DNA of 64,000 nt from a virus, in the IMG/VR virus record IMGVR_UViG_3300021422_000208, positions 716 through 64,715 of that record; one strand, given 5' to 3'. Positions 57,464-64,000 of the stretch are shown here, in pieces. The position numbers and the translations under genes are program-made. The notes below the pieces were generated by a model. That model was given only the letters and a program-made list of their open reading frames with translations. It made no database searches and was not told the DNA's origin. How positions within the stretch are numbered: position 1 is the first letter of the stretch; the number at the start of each line of letters is the position of its first letter.

Positions 57464-60400
57464 ATGGCTCAACTTAGCTCACCAGGAGTAAGTGTAACAG
57501 TTGTCGATGAAAGTTTTTATACCCCGTCGGCACCGGGAACTGTCCCGATGATTGTTATTGCTTCAGAGGAAAATAAAACAAACGGAGCTGGTACTGGTAC
57601 CGCATCCGGTACATTAAAAATAAATGCAGGAAAGGTATATTTACTTACTAGTCAAAAAGATTTATCAGATACTTTCGGTACTCCAAAATTCATAACCGAT
57701 GTGAGTAATAATCCAATACACGCAGGTGAACAGAATGAGTATGGCTTACAAGCGGCATACAGTTATTTAGGAGTTAGTAATCGTGCATATGTAGTACGAG
57801 CGGATGTTGATTTGGCTCAGTTGACAGCACGTACAACACCACCAAGTGGCAATCCTACCAATGGCACTTTTTGGTTTGAAACTGCTGCTACTAAATTTGG
57901 CATTTTTGAATGGAACGCCGCGTCCGCTTTGGTGATAGGTGGTCAAACATTTACTGTCAAACAGCCAGCTGTTATTACATCATCGGTGTATGTTGATAAT
58001 TATCCATCGGCGCCTGTTCCAAAATCTAGCTTTGGCGCTACTGGTAGTTATGCAATTGTGGCAGTTAGTACACTACTTAAATTGTGGTACAAAAAACCAA
58101 TTACCGCAACTCCTGTTAGTTGGGTAGAGGTTGGTACTACAGAATGGGCAGCTAGTTGGCCAGTTGTGTTAGGTACGGTATCGGCTCCAGTGTTAACATC
58201 CGGTGATACGATTAGTATTAATGGCACTTTTGTAACTGGTGGTACACTTGATGCTTTAATATCCGACATTAATACTAAGTTAGTTTTAGTTGGTATTACC
58301 GCAGCTGCTCCGCGTGGTAAACTAGAATTGTATTCGGGTAGTGAATCAATTGTAGTTGCTGGCGATGTTGTGGTGCTTGTGAAACTTGGATTAACGGCAG
58401 GTACATACGCTGCTGTTGCATTGAGTATTGGGTCACATACGCAAGTGCCTCAATATAAATCAAGTGCTGGCAATCGACCAACTGGATCAATTTGGGTCAA
58501 GACTACCTCACCTAACTTGGGCGCTGATTGGATTATTCGTCGTTATAACAAAACTTCCGTTATCTGGGAAAATCTACCAGCGCCAATGTATTCCAGTAAT
58601 GCAGCGGCATTGGCAGGTATTGATTCAACTGGTGGTGGTATTAATTTACCAGCAAACACTATATATATTAAAACAAATGATTCAGAATCAAATCCACCGT
58701 TGGTAAACTTTAAGTTATATCGCCGTAGTACAGTAGGGACAACTACTATTGTATCTGCGCCAATAACTGCTAGTACATTGGCGGCAAACGCTACTTATTC
58801 TTTTACGATTTCTGAGACCAAGTTAGGCACTGCGGAATATTCAACTCCGGTAACTATTAGTGTTACGATTGGTAGCACCCCAAGTGCCATTGTTACAGCT
58901 GAGTTAATTTTGGCTAGTTTGCAAAATTCACTGAGCGATTCAAATATCGTTGCGACGATGCTTAATGCGACTAATCAAATATCAATAAGTCATGAAAATG
59001 GCGGTGATTTTAAATTGGTTGATGGTGCGGTTCATCCATTGTTATCTCATTTGTTTTTGACTTCAACTACTGCAAATTATTTTGTTGATCCATCCGGTAT
59101 TCCTAACTCATATGTTGCAAGTTTGTGGACATCATTATCTGATGATAAATTAGGTGGATTTGCAATTGCAACTGGTGATGCCCCAGTTTCATCAACTCCA
59201 GACGGTGAATTGTGGTATGATAGCATCGTTGATGAAGTTGATATATTAATTCATAATGGTACTACTTGGGTTGGTTATTTAGATGCTACTGCTGTGACGA
59301 TGAATCATGCGGGTATTTCTGGTGAGACAGATACAGACCCGGCTGGTCCATTAGTTAAAGCTGTGCCACCAACTACTCAAAGTGATGGTACGCCGTTGGC
59401 AAATGGTGATATATGGGTCAGTACTGCTGATACTGAGAATTATCCAATGATATATCGGTATAATAGAGTTATTGCTAAGTGGGTATTGCTTGATAATAGT
59501 GATCAAACTACTGAAAATGGCGTATTATTTCATGATGTGCGTTGGGATGTGACTGGTCAATCAGCTACTGCTAGTCCAATTCGTGAATTACTATCTAGTA
59601 ATTTTATTGATTTTGATGCACCAGATCCTGCGTTATACCCAATGGGTATGTTATTGTGGAATTTGCGCAGAAGTGGTAACAATGTAAAGAGATTTGTGGT
59701 TAATTATGTAGATGTACTAGGTAGAAATATAAGATTCAATAATAATGAACCTATGCACGATTACTATCCACATAAATGGGTTACTGAAGCAGGTAATCAA
59801 GAAGACGGTTCCGGTACGTTTGGCCGTAGATCACAGCGTAAAGTGGTTGTACAAGCATTGCAAGCATTGGTTAACAGTAATCAGCAAATTCGGGATGAAG
59901 ATAGTCGAGTATTTAATTTGTTAGCATGTCCTGGATATCCAGAATTGGTCGGTGAATTGATTGGGCTTAATACGGATCGTGGATTGACCGCATTTGTTGT
60001 TGCGGATGCCCCAGCTAGATTAACTGCCGACGCTACTTCACTGAGTAATTGGGGCAATAACACTAGTTTGGCGCTTGAGGATAATGATAAAGGGTTGGTA
60101 TCATACGACGAATATATGAGTTTCTTCTATCCTTGGGGTTATTCCAGTGACAATCTTGGTAATAATGTAGTAGTTCCACCTAGTCACATGATGTTACGGA
60201 CGATTGCGTTAAGTGATAACGTAAGTTATCCGTGGTTTGCGCCTGCTGGGACACGTCGTGGTGGTATAAACAATGCTAGTTCGGTTGGTTATGTTGATGC
60301 TGGTGGTGAATTCCAAGCAGTTGCTTTGAATACTGGACAACGTGATACATTAGCTAGTATAAAAGTTAATCCATTATCATTTATTACTGGCAGCGGCTTG

Positions 60401-60766
60401 GTTAATTATGGCCAACTTACTCGTGCTAGAAATGCAAGTGCTTTAGATCGTATTAATGTAGCTAGACTGGTTATATATTTACGTAGACAATTGTCACAAT
60501 TGTCTAAACCTTATATCTTTGAACCCAATGACAAGATAACTAGGGATCAATTAAAACAAGCAGTTGAAAGTTTAATGCTTGAATTAGTTGGACAACGTGC
60601 TTTGTATGACTTTATTGTCGTATGTGATACTAGTAATAATACACCTGCTAGAATTGATCGCAGTGAATTATATTTAGATATTGCAATAGAACCAGTAAAA
60701 GCAGTGGAATTTATTTACATTCCATTACGATTACAAAACACTGGCGAAATTAAAGGTAAGGTATAG
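57464..60766 (+). CDS. gp18: Tail sheath protein (gp18-like), 1100 aa
   Basis: LSSPGVSVTVVDES; WFAPAG.RRG; RINVARLVIYL..FEPND..TR; DIAIEPVKAVEFIYI; late promoter TATAAATA at 57424-57431. Confidence 0.93.
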   Translation: MAQLSSPGVSVTVVDESFYTPSAPGTVPMIVIASEENKTNGAGTGTASGTLKINAGKVYLLTSQKDLSDTFGTPKFITDVSNNPIHAGEQNEYGLQAAYSYLGVSNRAYVVRADVDLAQLTARTTPPSGNPTNGTFWFETAATKFGIFEWNAASALVIGGQTFTVKQPAVITSSVYVDNYPSAPVPKSSFGATGSYAIVAVSTLLKLWYKKPITATPVSWVEVGTTEWAASWPVVLGTVSAPVLTSGDTISINGTFVTGGTLDALISDINTKLVLVGITAAAPRGKLELYSGSESIVVAGDVVVLVKLGLTAGTYAAVALSIGSHTQVPQYKSSAGNRPTGSIWVKTTSPNLGADWIIRRYNKTSVIWENLPAPMYSSNAAALAGIDSTGGGINLPANTIYIKTNDSESNPPLVNFKLYRRSTVGTTTIVSAPITASTLAANATYSFTISETKLGTAEYSTPVTISVTIGSTPSAIVTAELILASLQNSLSDSNIVATMLNATNQISISHENGGDFKLVDGAVHPLLSHLFLTSTTANYFVDPSGIPNSYVASLWTSLSDDKLGGFAIATGDAPVSSTPDGELWYDSIVDEVDILIHNGTTWVGYLDATAVTMNHAGISGETDTDPAGPLVKAVPPTTQSDGTPLANGDIWVSTADTENYPMIYRYNRVIAKWVLLDNSDQTTENGVLFHDVRWDVTGQSATASPIRELLSSNFIDFDAPDPALYPMGMLLWNLRRSGNNVKRFVVNYVDVLGRNIRFNNNEPMHDYYPHKWVTEAGNQEDGSGTFGRRSQRKVVVQALQALVNSNQQIRDEDSRVFNLLACPGYPELVGELIGLNTDRGLTAFVVADAPARLTADATSLSNWGNNTSLALEDNDKGLVSYDEYMSFFYPWGYSSDNLGNNVVVPPSHMMLRTIALSDNVSYPWFAPAGTRRGGINNASSVGYVDAGGEFQAVALNTGQRDTLASIKVNPLSFITGSGLVNYGQLTRARNASALDRINVARLVIYLRRQLSQLSKPYIFEPNDKITRDQLKQAVESLMLELVGQRALYDFIVVCDTSNNTPARIDRSELYLDIAIEPVKAVEFIYIPLRLQNTGEIKGKV

Positions 60767-60775
60767 TACCATTAT

Positions 60776-60807
60776 CTGGGAGAGTGTAGTTAACTACACT
60801 CTCCCAG
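60776..60807. repeat. Perfect 32-bp palindrome
   Basis: CTGGGAGAGTGTAGTT|AACTACACTCTCCCAG. Confidence 0.95.
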
Positions 60808-60860
60808 TACACGTAATTCAGGAATAGGTATGATAAATATAACACAGCAAGGAGTATGCA

Positions 60861-61493
60861 ATGTCAGTAATAGCATCATTAAGTAATTTTACGGTTCCAT
60901 TAGCCTCAGACCAAAGTACTGGTACCCAAGGCGTATTAATGCCTAAATTTAAAAATAGGTTTAGAATCACGTTTGAGGGGTTTGGACTTGGGACAGCTGA
61001 AAATGTCGAACTTACAAAACAAGTTGCGGAAGCAGCTAGACCAACTGTCACCTATGGTGATGGTAAAATTGAAATATATAATTCTACTATTAATTTGGTA
61101 GGTAAGCCTACATTTGGCCCAATTACTATTAAATTGCGTGATGATATTTTAGGTAATGTCAACAAGATAGTTGGGGCACAAAATCAAAAACAATTTGATT
61201 TTTATGAACAAAGTTCAGCTGCTTCCGGTGGTGATTACAAATTTTCCATGCGAATTGAAATGCTAGATGGTGGCAATGGTAGGCATACTCCAGTCGTTCA
61301 AGAAACCTGGGAATGTGCAGGATGTTTTATTAAGTCAACTACATATGGTGCATTGGCATATGCGGGGCAAGAAATGGTAATGATTGAATTATCAATCCAG
61401 CCAGATAATTGCATTCAAACGGGTACTGTTGCAGGATTTGGCGTAACAAATACCGTAAGAACAGAAGGTACAATGGCTACTGGTGGTGGTTAA
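60861..61493 (+). CDS. gp19: Tail tube protein (gp19-like)
   Basis: Directly after the sheath; LMPKFKNRFR..F, ITIKLRDD, WECAGCF. Confidence 0.85.
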   Translation: MSVIASLSNFTVPLASDQSTGTQGVLMPKFKNRFRITFEGFGLGTAENVELTKQVAEAARPTVTYGDGKIEIYNSTINLVGKPTFGPITIKLRDDILGNVNKIVGAQNQKQFDFYEQSSAASGGDYKFSMRIEMLDGGNGRHTPVVQETWECAGCFIKSTTYGALAYAGQEMVMIELSIQPDNCIQTGTVAGFGVTNTVRTEGTMATGGG

Positions 61494-61503
61494 CTAAATT
61501 AAC

Positions 61504-61531
61504 AATGAGGTATGATTAATCATACCTCATT
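61504..61531. repeat. Perfect 28-bp palindrome
   Basis: AATGAGGTATGATT|AATCATACCTCATT. Confidence 0.95.
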
Positions 61532-61570
61532 TTCACAATCAAGTGTGTGACTTATTTACTAAATAGTAAT

Positions 61571-62560
61571 ATGGCATTTACTCCAACTAATCAATTAACT
61601 CCAGATCCACATATCTGGCTTAGAAATCAGCAACATGCGTCACGCATGTTTACTGATGATCAATTTAGGCTAGCTCCAAAAGCAAAATTTTCATTTCATG
61701 TATCATTTGGTATAAATCCTAACGCATTGCAGGATGTGCAATTAATTCAACGCCATACAAATGAAATCAATATGCTAGTTAAAAGTGTTCAATTGCCAAC
61801 ATTTACTATGACGAATGAAACCATGAATCAGTATAATAGAAAAAAAGTTATACAAATACAGCATAAAATTGACAATATTAATATTACATTTCATGATGAT
61901 AATATGGGGATAATTAACGCATTATGGCGTAATTATTATACATATTATTATGCTGATTCCGCATCTGCTGCGAGTGGCAATGCGTATGCCAGAAATGCAA
62001 CTAAAATTAGTACATATATCCATGGAAATTATGGATTGGATAATGGCAGTACCGATCCGTTTTTTACTTATATTAAAGTCTATCAGATGGGCAGACATGA
62101 ATATATCAGTTATCAATTAGTTAATCCAGTGATAGCAACTTGGGTGCCATCTGCGTTATCTTATGCTAGTTCATCTGGTGGCGACTTTGCTGAATATACT
62201 ATGGGTATTTCATGCGAGGCCGTTTCATACGCAAATGGTCAGGTAACACCCGGGACCGTGGAAGGATTTGGCGTGGAACATTATGATACAACGCCCTCTC
62301 CGTTGGGGGAGTCAGCTACTGCGTCAATTAACGCAGGGTCGTTAAGCCCATCATTAGTATCATCAGTGAGGTCACCGGGCAATGCGACCACCGTAACCTC
62401 ATTAGTCCAAAATGCATCGGTGTCATCAGGTACAAGTGGTATTTTGGGCAATATAATGGCATCATCGGTTCAGGGTGTGTCGGGATTACAAGGGGTGGCA
62501 TTTCCGTTGGTATCCGGCAGTACCACAACTCAAGCAACACCAGTTACATTAGGTAATTAA
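61571..62560 (+). CDS. Tube-like baseplate protein (gp48/gp54-like)
   Basis: PKAKFSFHV, NQYNRK..INITFHDDN tube-fold pattern; start moved to MAFTPT. Confidence 0.6.
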   Translation: MAFTPTNQLTPDPHIWLRNQQHASRMFTDDQFRLAPKAKFSFHVSFGINPNALQDVQLIQRHTNEINMLVKSVQLPTFTMTNETMNQYNRKKVIQIQHKIDNINITFHDDNMGIINALWRNYYTYYYADSASAASGNAYARNATKISTYIHGNYGLDNGSTDPFFTYIKVYQMGRHEYISYQLVNPVIATWVPSALSYASSSGGDFAEYTMGISCEAVSYANGQVTPGTVEGFGVEHYDTTPSPLGESATASINAGSLSPSLVSSVRSPGNATTVTSLVQNASVSSGTSGILGNIMASSVQGVSGLQGVAFPLVSGSTTTQATPVTLGN

Positions 62561-62562
62561 CT

Positions 62563-62928
62563 ATGTCATTAAATCTTCCAATCCAGTCAGCCGATACCAC
62601 TATTGATGTTAAGCAATTCTTTGATAAATTCTTTATTAATCAAATTAGTTTTCCCAGTGGGCAAATTGACGCGGTAGTTGGGTTTTTTTTAAAAAGATCA
62701 TTTGATGTAGAAAGTGCCAGATCAACTGCTATTGTATTATTGAATCAAGCTAGGACAGATAATGTAAATGTTTTTGAATTACTTGATACCTTAACCGGAT
62801 TAACTGATCTACAATTAAGTCAGGTTGTGGCTCAGGTATTGAATGTATATCGAGAAAACGTTAGTTTATTGGGGTATCGAATTGCGCCATTGATTGATAC
62901 CTATGAAGTTAGGAATATATTAATATGA
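62563..62928 (+). CDS. Hypothetical protein
   Basis: 121 aa, tightly coupled to its neighbours. Confidence 0.65.
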   Translation: MSLNLPIQSADTTIDVKQFFDKFFINQISFPSGQIDAVVGFFLKRSFDVESARSTAIVLLNQARTDNVNVFELLDTLTGLTDLQLSQVVAQVLNVYRENVSLLGYRIAPLIDTYEVRNILI

Positions 62929-63365
62929 GTCATAAATTTGCTAGGGGTAAATTCACCCCAAAGAATCCAGGTAAGTACATTGGTACTAAGATACCGCAAT
63001 ATAGAAGCTCATGGGAATTGAATTTTTGTATGTTTTGTGATACGAGCAACAGTATTCAAAAATGGGCTAGTGAAGCAATATCCATACCGTATCGTGATCC
63101 ATTGACTGGTAGAAATACCGTTTATGTGCCGGACTTTTTCATTCAATATTTGGATAAGAATAATAAAATTAATACTGAATTGATAGAAATAAAACCATCC
63201 AGTCAGCAATTGTTGGAGAAGGTTGGGAAGAGTAAATTCAATCAAGCGCAGTTTATAAAAAATCAAGCAAAATGGAGTGCCGCGTCAAATTGGTGCAAAC
63301 AGCAAGGTATTGTATTTAGGGTGCTAAATGAAACTGATTTGTTTATGAATGGCAAGGCTAAATAA
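62925..63365 (+). CDS. gp4: Head completion nuclease (gp4-like, PD-(D/E)XK)
   Basis: YRSSWE..FC.FCD....WASE.I.IPY..YVPDF..IEIKP..NQAKW.AA..WC. Confidence 0.88.
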   Translation: MSHKFARGKFTPKNPGKYIGTKIPQYRSSWELNFCMFCDTSNSIQKWASEAISIPYRDPLTGRNTVYVPDFFIQYLDKNNKINTELIEIKPSSQQLLEKVGKSKFNQAQFIKNQAKWSAASNWCKQQGIVFRVLNETDLFMNGKAK

Positions 63366-63399
63366 AGATGTAGTTCACGGAATGGGGATTCCTAACTAC
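63359..63399 (+). promoter_or_regulatory. Late promoter plus hairpin leader of the HNH gene
   Basis: TAAATA then GTAGTT-cac-GGAAT-gggg-ATTCC-t-AACTAC. Confidence 0.75.
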
Positions 63400-63424
63400 T
63401 TTAATGTCACTGATGACATCAACG

Positions 63425-63655
63425 ATGATATTTATCGATAACAAAGATACCAGATGGTATTTCAATATAATTAATAGAGCTAAACCCAGACATCTCACGG
63501 AATATTCTGAAAACCACCATATTGTACCAAAATCACTGGGTGGAAATAACAGTAAAGAAAACCTAGTTCAGTTAACTGCCAGGGAACATTTTATATGTCA
63601 TCGATTGTTGATTAGAATGCTAGTTGGTGAAAATAAAGGAAAAATGGTATATTAA
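63425..63655 (+). pseudogene. Truncated HNH homing endonuclease
   Basis: ENHHIVPKSLGGNNSKENLVQLTAREHFICHRLL; stops right after the nuclease core, at a long hairpin. Confidence 0.7.
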
Positions 63656-63706
63656 TTTTTGAAATAGTGGATAGTGGAATAAGTAACATATCTACTATTT
63701 CAAAAA
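63656..63706. terminator. Long hairpin following the HNH fragment
   Basis: TTTTTGAAATAGTGGATA / TATCTACTATTTCAAAAA (one G-U pair). Confidence 0.6.
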
Positions 63707-63790
63707 AGATATGGATATCTTGGGATAGAATACGATTGATTTTGGACAGACGAACATTATTCGCCGAATAATGAAACGATAAATAATAAC

Positions 63791-64000
63791 ATGAAGAAAC
63801 TAGAAGATATACTCAATTTACCTACCAGTCAAGTGATCATGCGTACTGCCCGTCAGAAGGTACCGCCAGTGATTATCCCTGCTACTAATTTTAGAAATGT
63901 ATCAGATTTTGATAAAATATCAGCGGCATTGCCCCCAGTGACTGGGTTAGGTGACATCAGTGATACCGAATTTGATGAATTATCACAACGGGCAACATCT
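63791..64000 (+). CDS. Partial protein running off the window (possibly small terminase-like)
   Basis: MKKLEDILNLPTSQ...FDKISAALPPVTGLGDISD... open to the end; TAAATA at 63780. Confidence 0.5.
   Translation, partial: MKKLEDILNLPTSQVIMRTARQKVPPVIIPATNFRNVSDFDKISAALPPVTGLGDISDTEFDELSQRATS

Noticed and set aside
62925-63365. TnsA transposase / Tn7-like element
   Set aside because: Size, motifs and position match the T4 gp4 head-completion nuclease, and there are no other tns genes or ends.
1-64000. Stop-codon reassignment as seen in some large phages
   Set aside because: Long genes are intact under the standard code, and TAA, TAG and TGA all terminate genes at sensible positions.

Overview
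This is a 64-kb, AT-rich, standard-code segment of a large T4-like (gp55-type late promoter) myovirus genome, covering most of the virion morphogenesis region. Gene order: gp26-like hub/chaperone, tape measure, portal, prohead core proteins, protease, scaffold and major capsid; then a ~5-kb non-structural island (decayed GIY-YIG, ~1-kb non-coding locus, two Hef-like nucleases); then ~30 kb of large fibre/appendage genes; then a late glycosyltransferase/carbamoyltransferase/oxygenase cassette; then NUDIX, gp15, gp14, gp13, dNMP kinase, sheath, tube, a tube paralogue and gp4. Product names come from motif recognition and synteny only; no searches were run. I saw no tRNA, rRNA, CRISPR array, reverse transcriptase or integrase. 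Most striking observations: (1) a portal carrying three paralogous inteins separated by only 11 and 25 extein residues; (2) a 2944-aa fibre that reads as one ~80-aa domain recursively inserted into copies of itself, the whole inserted in a ~100-aa virion protein; (3) a likely programmed -1 frameshift (T TTT TTC) fusing the gp26-like ORF to an ATG-less gp51-like ORF beside the tape measure gene; (4) a ~1-kb promoter-driven non-coding locus with helically phased repeats and many hairpins (origin or large ncRNA); (5) a hairpin leader shared by unrelated homing-endonuclease genes.
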